From positions 498,107-562,106 of the forward strand of contig CAVRQR010000006.1 of NCBI GenBank assembly GCA_963723495.1: a stretch of DNA of 64,000 bases, in the 5' to 3' direction. The notes beneath the pieces were generated by a model. It did not search any database and had not been told where the DNA came from. It worked only from the letters and a program-made list of their open reading frames with translations. Shown piece by piece: positions 28,791 through 39,596 of the stretch; the first letter of the stretch is position 1, and each line of letters begins with the position of its first letter. The position numbers and the translations under genes are program-made. Origin of the DNA: an uncultured Acidobacteriota bacterium (GTDB lineage: Bacteria; Acidobacteriota; Vicinamibacteria; Vicinamibacterales; UBA2999).

Positions 28791-30303
28791 GTTTCGCGGC
28801 ACCATCGCGATCGCTGTGATGCTCGCCGTCGCCGTGAGCGTACGGGCCACTGAGCCAAGTGCGGCGACGCGCCGCTGGTGGGCGCACGTCCAGGCGCTCG
28901 CCAGCGACGACATGCGTGGCCGCGACACCGGCAGCCCGGAGCATCGCCGAGCCCAGGAGTACGTGGTCCGTCACTTCGAGAGGAACGGACTCCAGCCGGC
29001 CGGCGAGCGCGGCTTCTTTCAGGCCGTGCCCCTGCGGTCCTATCGACTACAGGCCGACCGTTCCACTGCGAACATCATTCGCGATGGACGCACGCAGACG
29101 CTGCGCTGGCTGGAACACATCACGGTGACACCTGCTCGCTTCCCGACGCCTCGTCTGACTGGTCAACTGATCTTTGCCGGATCTGACAACGCCGCCGGCC
29201 TCGATGCGTCTGGCGCAATCGTCGTTCGCCTGAGCCCAGTGCGGCTGGTTGCGGGTCCCCCGGTGCCCCCCGTCCCGCGCGGGGCGATTGCCATCATCGG
29301 CATCGACAGCGCGATCGGCCCTGAGCCTGCGCGCTGGCCGGCGCAGTATGCCGTCACGATGACGCTCGCCGATGCCGTCGTACCAGAGGTCGTGGGAATC
29401 CCATCGTTTCGCTTCAACCCGGCATTTGCCGATGCCCTCCTCGCGGGATCAGGCCATACCTATACGGAGCTCGTGGACCTCGCGGCGGCGGGCAAGCCGG
29501 TCCCGAGTTTCACACTGCGCGGCTCTCTTTCTCTGGGCCTCGAGTTCGAGGAAACGGAGCTGACATCCGACAACGTCATCGCCATCCTGCCCGGTTCCGA
29601 TCCGGCGCTTTCCACGCAGCACATCGTCCTCACGGCCCACATCGACGGCTACGGCATCGGCGAGCCCTGGGGCGACGATCGCATCTACAACGGCGCGTTC
29701 GACGATGCGGCGTACGTGGCGACACTGCTCGACTTCGCCGAGACACTGCGGGAATCGAAAACGCAGTTGCGCCGCCCGCTGCTTTTCGCCGTGGTGACCG
29801 CGGAAGAGAAGGGCCTGCATGGATCGCGTTACTTCACGCGACACCCCACGGTGCCGCGGGAGCAGCTGGTCGCGAACGTCAACCTCGATCAGCTACGACC
29901 CGTCTTCCCGCTCCATACCCTGACGATGCATGCGATCGATGAGTCGACGCTGGGTGACACGGCGCGGCAGGTCGCTGGCGCGATGGCCATCCGCCTGCAG
30001 GCCGACCCGGAACCACTGCGAAACCTGATGCGTCGATCGGACAACTTCCCCTTCATGGAGATCGGCGTACCCGCCACCGGCTTCGTCTTCGGATACGAGC
30101 CCGGCTCGACGGACGAAGCCGCCTATCGCCGCTGGTACCAGGATCGATACCACACGCCGCTCGATGACCTGACGCAGCCGTGGGTGCCCGAGGCGGCAGC
30201 GAAGTTCAATGAGTTCTTCGCGCGCCTCGTCACCACGCTCGCCAATGCCGACACCGCGCCGAGCTGGAAGCCCGGGAGTCAGTACGGGCTGCGCGCAAAC
30301 TAG
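28789..30303 (+). CDS. Secreted M28 family metallopeptidase
   Basis: GRDTGS, TAHID, YNGAFDD, TAEEKGLHGS, RSDN and YHTP motifs. Confidence 0.9.
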   Translation: MFRGTIAIAVMLAVAVSVRATEPSAATRRWWAHVQALASDDMRGRDTGSPEHRRAQEYVVRHFERNGLQPAGERGFFQAVPLRSYRLQADRSTANIIRDGRTQTLRWLEHITVTPARFPTPRLTGQLIFAGSDNAAGLDASGAIVVRLSPVRLVAGPPVPPVPRGAIAIIGIDSAIGPEPARWPAQYAVTMTLADAVVPEVVGIPSFRFNPAFADALLAGSGHTYTELVDLAAAGKPVPSFTLRGSLSLGLEFEETELTSDNVIAILPGSDPALSTQHIVLTAHIDGYGIGEPWGDDRIYNGAFDDAAYVATLLDFAETLRESKTQLRRPLLFAVVTAEEKGLHGSRYFTRHPTVPREQLVANVNLDQLRPVFPLHTLTMHAIDESTLGDTARQVAGAMAIRLQADPEPLRNLMRRSDNFPFMEIGVPATGFVFGYEPGSTDEAAYRRWYQDRYHTPLDDLTQPWVPEAAAKFNEFFARLVTTLANADTAPSWKPGSQYGLRAN

Positions 30304-30456
30304 CCCAGGCGGAGCGCCACAGAGACGCTGCGTGCGGTCAGTAGACACAACGCCGTCACTCGGTACAATCGTGGTTCAGGCCGACCCGACGGACTTGACC
30401 CTCCAATCCTGCCGAACCCCTCGGCGCACAGCCAGCGTGGACTAGGACAAGTTGGC

Positions 30457-30834
30457 TCAGCGCGAGGCGCCTTCGAGGGCTGTTGCGTGATGCGGCTCGT
30501 ACAGCATCACCTCGACGCCGCCCGGCAGGCCTAGCATGACGGTGATGCCGAAGCCTTCGTCTCGTGGTTCACCGTTCACCTTGACGCCCTTCGACCGAAG
30601 ATCGCGAATCGTCGCGTGAATGTCGTCGCACATGAACGTGAGCTGATGGCGCACACCGGATTCGTACGTCGGACCTTCTGCCGGATGCACACCGAGCTCC
30701 GCGGGTGGTAACGCAAAGATCAGCCAACCCTCCCCCGCATCCACATGCTTGAACCCGAAGGCGTCGCGAAGCATGGCACGAAGGGCGTTCGGATCAGACG
30801 TGTACAGCAGGGCATGCGCGCCAATGATCGCCAT
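30457..30834 (-). CDS. VOC/glyoxalase-family protein
   Basis: GWLIFALPPAELGVHP, FMCDDI and LPGG..LYEP motifs. Confidence 0.8.
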   Translation of the reverse strand: MAIIGAHALLYTSDPNALRAMLRDAFGFKHVDAGEGWLIFALPPAELGVHPAEGPTYESGVRHQLTFMCDDIHATIRDLRSKGVKVNGEPRDEGFGITVMLGLPGGVEVMLYEPHHATALEGASR

Positions 30835-31007
30835 GGTGGTGTCCTCCGGGAGCATTATAGAGACGGGTCCGGCGTTCACCGAGGACGGCGGCGTGACGTC
30901 GCGCCGACGCGGTTTCGAACGAATCGCGGGGACATCGTGACGCGAGGGAGAATCACGTTCAGGTGTGATGCGTGTGGATACAGTTGGGCGGAGGGTGGAT
31001 GATCCAC

Positions 31008-31190
31008 GAGGTGGTCACTGCTCCTCGGTCTCCGTGGCAGAACGGCCGACGTCGAGCGCTTCATCGGATCGATCCGATGTGAACGCCTCAATCACATCAT
31101 CGTGATGAACGCGGCAGGCCTTCACCGTGTGATCACGGATTACGTGACGTACATGCGCTACATGCGCTCGCGCACACATCTGGCGCTTGG
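31008..31190 (+). pseudogene. Integrase-core (IS3/IS481-like) transposase C-terminal remnant
   Basis: Translates with frame breaks to VVTAPRSPWQNG / VERFIGSIRCERLNHIIV ... RSRTHLAL. Confidence 0.7.
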
Positions 31191-31203
31191 CGGGTCAGGA
31201 GGC

Positions 31204-31530
31204 TCACCCGGCGAACCGCTTTGCCAGATTGTCTTGGTCGGCCGCCCGAAGTGCGACTGGCGTGAACCATTCGTAACCCGCCGCGAAGTAGCTCTCCGTG
31301 AGGGTCACGAGCGCGTCGTATTGAGTGGAGTTGAGCGCCTCGACACGGAAGCTGCTTGGGTCAAGGTGATGATCGAGGCAGCCGTGAGAAAGAAAGTTGT
31401 CGAAGTGATCGACCGAACTGAAGATCGAATCTGGTAGTCCAGTAGATGCGATGACCGGCTGGTTGCTACTGACGAAGCGATCCCACTCGCGCCTCGCCGC
31501 TGCTTTCTGAGGTGACTTGCGGTAGGTCAT
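31204..31530 (-). CDS. Hypothetical protein (108 aa)
   Basis: Protein-like composition; ATGA coupling to the ankyrin gene. Confidence 0.55.
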   Translation of the reverse strand: MTYRKSPQKAAARREWDRFVSSNQPVIASTGLPDSIFSSVDHFDNFLSHGCLDHHLDPSSFRVEALNSTQYDALVTLTESYFAAGYEWFTPVALRAADQDNLAKRFAG

Positions 31531-32387
31531 CGGGCAGCTCTTTCGCGAAGGAAATCGGCAATCTCAACCTGCTTGCCGTATTCGGCCCAGCCGAGCGGCG
31601 TGCCCCCGTAAATCGTGTCTTTCGTGTCAAGGCGCGCCCCGGCTTCCACCAGCACCTTCACGGCGTCGAGTGATCCGGAGTACACGGCGTGATGAAGGGC
31701 CGTTGCGTGCGAATAGAGATTAGCGCAGGGAGCATTCAGGTCGACGCCGAGGTCGATCACCTTCGCGAGCGCCTCGGCCTTCCCCTTAAGGGCTGCCAAG
31801 ACTAGCCCGAACTGCTTGTCCTCAGCGCTCGCCGTCGGGCCAAGGCGCTGCACGTCGTCCCAACGGGCGAGGCACAGCGCGGTGGCCAACGACACCGGAG
31901 CGCCTCGTGCCACGAGATGCTCGGCGGCAGCGAAGTTGCCATTCACGAGGGCATTCTCCGGGCTGCCATCAACTGCAGCGCCGGCATCGATCAGGACGTC
32001 GATGAGCTCAATCTGTACATTGCAGTCCCGCGCGATCCACGACCATGACACCAACCTCAGCGCGTAATCGAGCTGTTCCCGTAGGGTCTCGACACCCTCG
32101 CGCTCCGCGGCTCGGATGATCACGCGTGTCACGTCAGCGATATTGCCTGGCAACCTGCCGTTGCGGACTGGGTCTTCCGCCACGAACCAGAGCAGGTAAG
32201 GGCGCTCGAAGAATCCGTCGAGGGCGCTTCCCAGCTTGTCGCGCAGCCACGCCCCCGGAGTGTTGAGTCGTTCACGGACAAGCCTGGGATCGACTGTGAC
32301 GAGATGTTCGAGTTCACTTACGTCCCCGGCATCGATGGCCGATACCGCTCGTTGAAAGAAGTCATCGAGCGCCTTCGACTCATTCAT
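31527..32387 (-). CDS. Ankyrin-repeat protein
   Basis: ATALHHAV..G..DAVKVLVEAGA and GGTPLGWA motifs. Confidence 0.8.
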   Translation of the reverse strand: MNESKALDDFFQRAVSAIDAGDVSELEHLVTVDPRLVRERLNTPGAWLRDKLGSALDGFFERPYLLWFVAEDPVRNGRLPGNIADVTRVIIRAAEREGVETLREQLDYALRLVSWSWIARDCNVQIELIDVLIDAGAAVDGSPENALVNGNFAAAEHLVARGAPVSLATALCLARWDDVQRLGPTASAEDKQFGLVLAALKGKAEALAKVIDLGVDLNAPCANLYSHATALHHAVYSGSLDAVKVLVEAGARLDTKDTIYGGTPLGWAEYGKQVEIADFLRERAAR

Positions 32388-32852
32388 GACGGATGGCCTT
32401 CGCACTCAAGATTGAGTCCGCCCAACTACTCTTGGAGTAGACCGCCGAGCGTCTCCGCAGCCAACGGCGGCTGCTCTGTCGCCAAGTCGCCTGTGGCAAC
32501 TTCAAGACTGGCGGGATGATAGCACCGGGCTGCGCTACACGATCGGCCCGTTGGTTAGCTGCGAGCGGCGTGGTTGGCTGCGGCCGGCTGCAGCCAACGT
32601 CATCACGTCGAGGCTTGTTCTTTGAGCGTAACCGCCAGTCCGTCAGGGCCGTTACGTACCGCGACTGCGGAAACGGAGGGCGTGATTAGCTGCGACTCTT
32701 TGCCGCTAATCGCGTCTTCACGAGCGCCATACCTGACGGTTACTAATGAGTAGCGGTCCATGGCGTCACTCGCTACTAGACAACGGATAGGGCTGACCCG
32801 CGGCGAGTGCGAGTCACTGGGCGGCGTCGCCTATGTGAAACGGAGGCCTACG

Positions 32853-33893
32853 TCAGTCGGCCAGGATCGATCCGGTCACGGGAACGACCAGTCGGGGAAA
32901 CTCTGAATCGTTCGTATCGACGACGATATTGCCGTGAAGGGGACCAACCACGGACGCCGCCGGATCCAGCGTGATGGTGGCTTGCCATCGATCGCCATTC
33001 GGCCCGCGCACTGCCGAGACCCGAAGCCCCGGAACGTCGGTCGAGAACGTCGCCTTGAAGTCGGTGCCTGCCACCTGGTAGAGCATCAGAGTCTGGGCTA
33101 ATGCTCCGCCCGACTCAGGGCCGCCTCTCACCGCCGCAATCGGCAGACTTCCGAGATCCACGTCGAGAGGAAACGCATACACGCGCTCGCGCAACCGCGT
33201 GTTGGCGACGACGCGCAGGATGCGACCTTCATCCGTGTGGAGCAGGATCACATCCTCCCGCTGGCCGGCGGCGCCGTCGGTTCGCAATGCGATGTGGAGA
33301 CGATACCGCCTCCCTTCTGCGATCGACTCGAGGCGCACCGCGAATCGATCGACCGGGTGCTCAATGCGAGTAATTCGCAGGGGTGTCTCATAATGGTTGA
33401 CGATCTCGATCGAAGCCTCGGCCGGATGCCGCCGATCCCCCGACAGAAAGAACGCCGGGTACGGCCGGAACTCGACACGTGGAACGACGACGCCCGCCAA
33501 CGTGAACACCGCCAGGGGTCTCGCCGGATCGTTCAACCGCACTTTGACCTCGCCCTGGTATTGGCCGCGCATTCCGGCCGTATCTATCGAGATGTTGAGA
33601 TCAACCCGTTGACCGGGATCGAGCTGCGCTCGCACGCCGGCGAGGCGCAGGCCCGGAGTCAGGTCGAGGCCCAGAATCCTCACGGAGGTGTCGCTGGTGT
33701 TGCGCAGTACGAACGTGTGCGCAACCACAGCGCCCTGAATCGCGGATCCGAAATCGAATGCCGCGGTGTCGGTCTCGGCGATCTGAGTCGCCGGCGGTGG
33801 GACAGGAGTCTGCTGCCCGTACAGCGACCGAGATCCGAGACCGAACGCGAGTGCGGCCGCAACGATAGCGGCCGCACGGCGATCACGTGTCAT
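32853..33893 (-). CDS. Secreted tandem Ig-like (DUF1573-type) protein
   Basis: Signal peptide; FDFG..G..V.H.F.L.N; three beta-sandwich-like segments. Confidence 0.6.
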   Translation of the reverse strand: MTRDRRAAAIVAAALAFGLGSRSLYGQQTPVPPPATQIAETDTAAFDFGSAIQGAVVAHTFVLRNTSDTSVRILGLDLTPGLRLAGVRAQLDPGQRVDLNISIDTAGMRGQYQGEVKVRLNDPARPLAVFTLAGVVVPRVEFRPYPAFFLSGDRRHPAEASIEIVNHYETPLRITRIEHPVDRFAVRLESIAEGRRYRLHIALRTDGAAGQREDVILLHTDEGRILRVVANTRLRERVYAFPLDVDLGSLPIAAVRGGPESGGALAQTLMLYQVAGTDFKATFSTDVPGLRVSAVRGPNGDRWQATITLDPAASVVGPLHGNIVVDTNDSEFPRLVVPVTGSILAD

Positions 33894-33901
33894 CACCGAA
33901 G

Positions 33902-34637
33902 CTAGTCTGTTTTGTTGACGTAGAACCGCAGCTGCGCGAGCCGCAGCCCGTTGTTGTCGTAGTCCCAGAAGTACTGGGCGAAGTCGTCCTCGAACAGCAC
34001 CACGCGGTCGTCGCACTGTCCATCGAAAACGCCATCATCGAATGTATCGATACACAGTGTGGTGAGTTCCTTCGTGACGTTGGTAAAGGAGCTCTTTCCT
34101 TTCGAACGCGTGACCGTCACCGACTCGAGCGAACACTGAAACGTGTCGTCATCATCGGTGAGGGGAGTACCCGCATCGTCGATGCCGCATGTGGTCACAA
34201 CTGCCTGAGGATTGCCTTGCGGACTGCCCAGTCCCCGGATAAACACGTCATAGGCGCAGTCGCTCACGGCCTCGACCGTTGCCGTTGCGCATGACTGCAC
34301 GGGAAGCTGAAAGATGGCTTCGTCGCCGTCGCAGGCGTTGCCGTCGATGACCTGGAACGGGCCCTCCTCCAGAAAGATCTTGTTCCGGCGATTGAGTGAC
34401 ATGATTCCCGTTGGCACCTTCGGAGTGGGATCGGAGAAATCGAGGTCGACGAAGATCGTGTGCCGGTTGGAGCCGGTCATCTCGGCCTTCTTACAGTCCT
34501 CTGTGTCCACGGCCTTGATGCCGATGATGTTCAAGTTGTAGTGAGTACCCGCTCGGCGCTCCGTTGCCGGTCTGTGCGTAACCCGGTGCCGCCACCAATG
34601 TGAGTCCTGCGAGGAAGATGAGTGAGCGTTGCTTCAT
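33902..34637 (-). CDS. Secreted Cys/Asp-rich hypothetical protein (frameshift near 34549)
   Basis: RBS GAGGAG; signal MKQRSLIFLAG..YA joins GNGAPSGTHYNLNIIG after removing one base; ends YFWDYDNNGLRLAQLRFY. Confidence 0.65.
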
Positions 34638-34724
34638 GTGTCGTTCTCCTCTTGACGATGTCGCAAACCGTCCACAAGAGGGGGGCTCGGGTCGGCCAGT
34701 CGATGCTAGACGGCGAGCCCCTAG

Positions 34725-34740
34725 TGCAACATGGCCGCCA
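34725..34740 (-). promoter_or_regulatory. Candidate sigma-54 promoter
   Basis: TGGC-GGC-CATG-TTGCA on the minus strand, exact -24/-12 spacing, about 90 bp upstream of ATG 34637. Confidence 0.5.
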
Positions 34741-35588
34741 TGAACATGTGAGACTCGGCCGTAACGCGAACGAGGGGATTTTCGGTGCGTTCGTTGGGGC
34801 ACCTCTCATCACGGGCCAAAGGCCTTCGTCACGTTGAGGCCGAGAGTACGCACGTTCTTGAAAATGGTCGGTTGAAACTGTGATCGTGATCGCTGTCACG
34901 AAGGCGGGTCTGCTTTCGACATGGCTCAGGCCAGGGAAGACACGCCTCTACGCGATCGATCCCGAGCCTGTCGTCATCGCGCTGCGGCCTCTTCGACCTC
35001 GCGCTACTCGAACATCTCGAAACAGCACGGCACGCCGCCGACGCCAGGGACCTCGACAGAGCCCACGTGACCGGTGGCAACGGCCTCCGCTAGGTGGCGA
35101 GGGCTGAGCAGCGCCGCGCGATCAGCGCCGGGCCGCCAGTCGTCGTGCGTGCTGCGGAGCGCGTCGATCACCGCATCATCGGCAAACACCGTGCGCGTGA
35201 GCGAGAGATACGACTCGAACGTCGAACGCGACGGCATCACGCTCCGACGTCTCCGACGTCTCCGGAGAGCTGAGTCGACCCACCAAAGAAGAGATGTGGG
35301 CCCTCCTCTCCGGTCGGGCCCTCGATGGCCTCCGGTGGATCGATGAACTCTGAGGACAGCCCGAGGCAATGCAACAGACGCGTCAACGCCGCCGACGTGA
35401 AGTTCCCATTCACAGCAACTGTCTCAGTCCGTCGATCGGACGGCGATACGGCCCGGCCGGCTTGCACACGCTTCGATGATGACGATCCGCGACCGGCCGC
35501 CCATCGTCGTCCTCATCGAAGCGATCCTGGACGACGACCTTGTCTTCCAGGCATGGAGGACGAAGGCGCGCAGGTGGCCCTCGGGTTA

Positions 35589-35617
35589 TTGACATACATA
35601 GCACCACAATGTATAAG
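35589..35617 (+). promoter_or_regulatory. Sigma-70 promoter with overlapping palindromic operator
   Basis: TTGACA-17bp-TATAAG; ATACAT-N9-ATGTAT inverted repeat at 35594-35614. Confidence 0.65.
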
Positions 35618-35627
35618 ATTTCTACGT

Positions 35628-35966
35628 ATGGACATGAGCAAGGACCTGGTTGCTGCTTCCGCCACGCCGCTCGTGCTCGCCATCCTTGCCGAAGGCGACA
35701 GTTACGGCTACGCCATCATCAAGCGAGTGGCTGAGTTGTCAGGCGGGCACTTACAGTGGACCGACGGCATGCTGTATCCCGTGTTGCACCGGCTCGAGCG
35801 CCAAGGTCATGTCGCGGCGAAGTGGGCCGCGTCCGAGAGCGGCCGCAAGCGCAAGTACTACCGAATCACGAATGAAGGCCGGGCGCAGCTCGCCGCCCAT
35901 CGGGAACAGTGGAAGGCCGTCGACGGCACCCTCCGGGGGATCTGGATGCAGGCATGCACAGTATGA
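35628..35966 (+). CDS. PadR-family transcriptional regulator
   Basis: SYGYAII, GMLYPVLHRLE and RKRKYYRIT..G motifs. Confidence 0.9.
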   Translation: MDMSKDLVAASATPLVLAILAEGDSYGYAIIKRVAELSGGHLQWTDGMLYPVLHRLERQGHVAAKWAASESGRKRKYYRITNEGRAQLAAHREQWKAVDGTLRGIWMQACTV

Positions 35967-37366
35967 CGACCTTCGCCGATCAACCAATCGAGGATCACAT
36001 CGCGCGGTGGCGGGCCTACCTACGCCGCCGGCAAGCTGTTCACGGTCCCGACGTGGAGGAACTCGAGGGACACCTGCGCGACCAGTTGGCCGCGCTCACC
36101 GAGGCCGGCCTCGCCGGAGATGAAGCTTTCTTCGTCGCGGTCAAGCGCATGGGCAACCTCGATGCGCTGTCACGCGAGTTCGCACTGGCGCATTCCGAGC
36201 AGCTGTGGAAGCAATTGGTCGTGGCGCCCGATACTGGCGCGCCGGCAAACACCTCACGCACCGAGCTCCTTGTCGTCGTGAGCCTTGCCGTCGCTGCGGG
36301 ATTAGCCGTCAAGCTGCCAGCGCTGTTCGGTCTTCCGCTCAGCCCTGATGCGGAAGTGCCTTCGTTCTACTTCCGCAACGCCAGCCTGTTCGTCTTCCCG
36401 CTGCTCGCGATCTACTTCATGTGGAAACGCGGGTTGAATGCGGTGAGCGGCCTCTGGCCCGCGCTGCCCTTCGCGGCCGCGGTCGTGTTCGCCAACGTCT
36501 TCCCCTTCCACAATCCAGAACGGCTCGACAACTTCCCGGAGGGCAGCGACACTCAGGTGCTGACCGTGTTGCATCTGCCCATCGGGTTGTGGCTGATGGC
36601 CATCGGTGTCGTGTACGTCGGAGGCCGCTGGTTCTCTTCCGGGCGGCGTATGGACTTCGTGCGGTTCTCGGGCGAGCTAGCCATCTACTACGTGCTCATC
36701 GCGCTCGGCGGCGGGGTCGTCACCGGCTTTACGGCCATGTTGTTCTCCGCCATCGACATGAATCCTGGGTGGTTCATCGCGGGCTGGCTGATCCCGTGTG
36801 GGGCGGCAGGGGCCGTCATCATCGGATCCTGGCTGGTGGAAGCGAAGCAAAGCGTCATCGAGAACATGGCACCGGTGCTGACCAGGCTGTTCACGCCGCT
36901 GTTCACGATTCTGCTCCTGGGGTTTCTGGCGACGATGGCGTGGACAGGCAACCCGATCAACGTGAAGCGGGAGATCCTGATCGGCTTCGATCTGCTGCTG
37001 GCCGTCGTCGTGGGGCTGGTGCTCTACGCCGCATCCGCGCGCGACCCGCAGGCACCACCCGACTTCTTCGACGGCCTTCAACTCCTGCTCGTGGTCAGCG
37101 CGCTCGTGGTAGATGTGGTGGCGCTGACGGCGATCGCACAGCGCATTTCCGAGTTTGGCTTCACGCCAAACCGAGTCGCCGCTCTTGGCGAGAATCTCAT
37201 TCTGCTCGTCAACCTGACGTGGACGGCGTGGCTCTATGCGTCCTTCTTGCGTCGTCGCGGCTCGTTTGCAGCGCTGGAGCAATGGCAGATCGTCTACCTC
37301 CCTGTGTATGCGATATGGGCGGCGCTGGTGGTGGTCGTGTTCCCGCCCTTGTTCGGCTACCGTTGA
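35963..37366 (+). CDS. Permease-prefix-domain membrane protein
   Basis: N-terminal EELEGHL..A..A.KRMG; about 12 TM helices; GFTPNR; coupled to PadR. Confidence 0.75.
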   Translation: MTTFADQPIEDHIARWRAYLRRRQAVHGPDVEELEGHLRDQLAALTEAGLAGDEAFFVAVKRMGNLDALSREFALAHSEQLWKQLVVAPDTGAPANTSRTELLVVVSLAVAAGLAVKLPALFGLPLSPDAEVPSFYFRNASLFVFPLLAIYFMWKRGLNAVSGLWPALPFAAAVVFANVFPFHNPERLDNFPEGSDTQVLTVLHLPIGLWLMAIGVVYVGGRWFSSGRRMDFVRFSGELAIYYVLIALGGGVVTGFTAMLFSAIDMNPGWFIAGWLIPCGAAGAVIIGSWLVEAKQSVIENMAPVLTRLFTPLFTILLLGFLATMAWTGNPINVKREILIGFDLLLAVVVGLVLYAASARDPQAPPDFFDGLQLLLVVSALVVDVVALTAIAQRISEFGFTPNRVAALGENLILLVNLTWTAWLYASFLRRRGSFAALEQWQIVYLPVYAIWAALVVVVFPPLFGYR

Positions 37367-37514
37367 TGCTCCCCACGGGCGCTGCACCGAGGATAGTCCT
37401 GACTGGTCGGCGAGGGTATTTCTACCGGCGCCTGAGTCGATCGAAAACACTGCGCCGTCACACGTTACCTATCCGCTCTCGCCATGGCATCTTCTATAAT
37501 CGCAGCCACTTGCC

Positions 37515-38000
37515 GTGGCCCTCACTGCTGGCACCCGCCTCGGCCCGTATGAAATCAACGCCCAAATCGGCGTGGGCGGCATGGGCGAGGTATGGTGCGC
37601 CACCGATACCAACCTTGGTCGGCAGGTCGCGATCAAAATCCTCCCCGACGCCTTTGCGCAGGATCCCGACCGGCTGGCACGCTTCGAACGCGAAGCCAAG
37701 ACGCTGGCGTCACTGAATCACCCGAACATCGCTCAGATCTACGGCTTGGAGAAGGCCGAGGGCATCCGGGCGCTGGTCATGGAGCTAGTCGAAGGCGCGA
37801 CGCTCGTCGGAGCGAATCGCACAAGGCTCGATTCCCGTCGATGAAGCTCTTCCTATCGCGCGGCAGATCGCGGACGCCCTCGAAGCAGCGCACGAGCAAG
37901 GGATCATCCATCGCGACTTGAAGCCGTCGAACATCAAGCTACGACCCGACGGCGCGGTGAAGGTATTGGACTTCGGGTTGGCCAAAGCGATGGACGCCCG
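37515..38000 (+). pseudogene. Truncated Hanks-type Ser/Thr kinase
   Basis: [20 protein letters not shown] and DFGLAK are present; similarity to 62165 ends just after DFG; frameshift near 37807. Confidence 0.8.
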
Positions 38001-38119
38001 GCCACAACCCGCAGCGACGCAGTGTGCGGGAGCCGACGCGAACGGCGAACGTGGCCCGATGGGCGGCCCGGCAACAGCGGTGGCCCACGCCGGACGGATG
38101 GGGCACAACATCAGGATCC

Positions 38120-39596
38120 CTATCGCGGCCTGAGGCGCCGGTCGCGCAGGCGGCCGAGGGGCATCAGGATGACCGTGCGCAGGCCTTCGATCGGCGAGAG
38201 TTGATCGATTGAGCGGAAGGCCTCGATCACGAGATGCTGGATCACCGTGCGCTCGCTGTGCTCCTCGCCCTCCTGGATACAGGAGAGCCGGTGCAGCGCG
38301 TAAAAGCCGAGGGCAAAGGAGATCGCAAACAGAAACTCCCAATGCCGGAACTGCAGCACGGTGATCTGTTGCGTGATTCCCGGCGACGTCCACGAGAAGG
38401 CAAGGGCGAGCTCGCGCGCGGCGAACCAGTTGGCGAGCACGCCGCCGGAGAGCGCGGCGAGGCCGGCGGCAAGCGAGCCCGCGAGCGTGACCGCGGCGAG
38501 GTAGGCCGTGCCGTGCCCCTGCGGCGCAAGCTTAAGGCCAAGGTTGCCGGTGGCAAGGCCGATGCCGCCACTGGCCGCCCCCATGACGACCTGGATGAGG
38601 AAGAGCAGCGGCAGCGTGAAAGCGTGGCGCTCGGGAAGCGCGATGAAGGCGAGCGCGATGAGCGAGGCGAAGTACGCGGGCAACGCGACGCTGAGAATAG
38701 CCTTGTTCGAGAGCCGGTCGGACAGCCGCCCCCACCAGGCGATGGTGAGCGCGGTGGCGATCTGCCCGCCGGCCCAGGTCGTCGTGACTGTGCCGAGCTC
38801 GTAACCGATCTGCTGGTACGAGGTACACGGTGATGAAGGGCGCGGCGACGTTGGAGGCGAGATTCCAGGCAGCCATGAAGGCCACCACCTTCCGGAAGTT
38901 GGCGTCGACGAGCGGCGCGCGCAGCAGCTCGGTGAGCGGGAGGGGCGGCCCCGTGCGGCGCATCGGCGGCTCGGGCACACGCAGCAGGTAGTGCGAGCTC
39001 ATGAACCCCGCCGCGCCTGCGGCGACGAACGCGATGGCGTAGGCCTGCAGCCGGTCCTCCAGCGGCCACACCTGCACGAGGTAGGCGGCGCTGAGCGCGC
39101 CGAGCGATGAAAGCACCGTCGACCAGAAGAGCCGCCGCGAGAAGAGCGTTCCCAGCGTTTCGCGCGGCACCACCTCGTGCACCCAGCCATTGAACGCGCA
39201 GCCGGCGATGGCCCCGGACAGCGAGATCGCCGCCTGTACCACGACGAGCAGCGAAAGCTGCAGCAGCTGCCCCTCCGCGAAGGCCACGAGCGCGAGCGAC
39301 AGGATGAGCGTGCGCGCCACGGTGACCGCGAGCAGCACGATCTTGCGCCGCTGCCGGACGCGCTCGATGAGCGCGATCGCAGCGAGCTGGGAAATCTGCG
39401 CGAGGAAAGGGATTGCAGCGAGCAGGCCGATGATCACCGGGGGCGCGCCGAGCTCGAGCGCGAAGCCCACCAGGATCACGCCGCCGTAGAGTGCGCCGGC
39501 GGTCGTGGCCCAGGCGGCATCCTTCACGAGAGCTCGCTCGCCTCGCGCCAGGTCCTCGGGTGTAACCGTCTCATCCGGACGCAGCCGCATCGGCAT
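38120..39596 (-). CDS. MFS transporter (frameshift near 38817)
   Basis: Two ORFs supply the N- and C-terminal 6-TM halves; WGRLSDR motif. Confidence 0.75.

Noticed and set aside
34830-35580. Short ORFs between the secreted protein gene and PadR
   Set aside because: No recognisable motifs or RBS; probably decayed DNA
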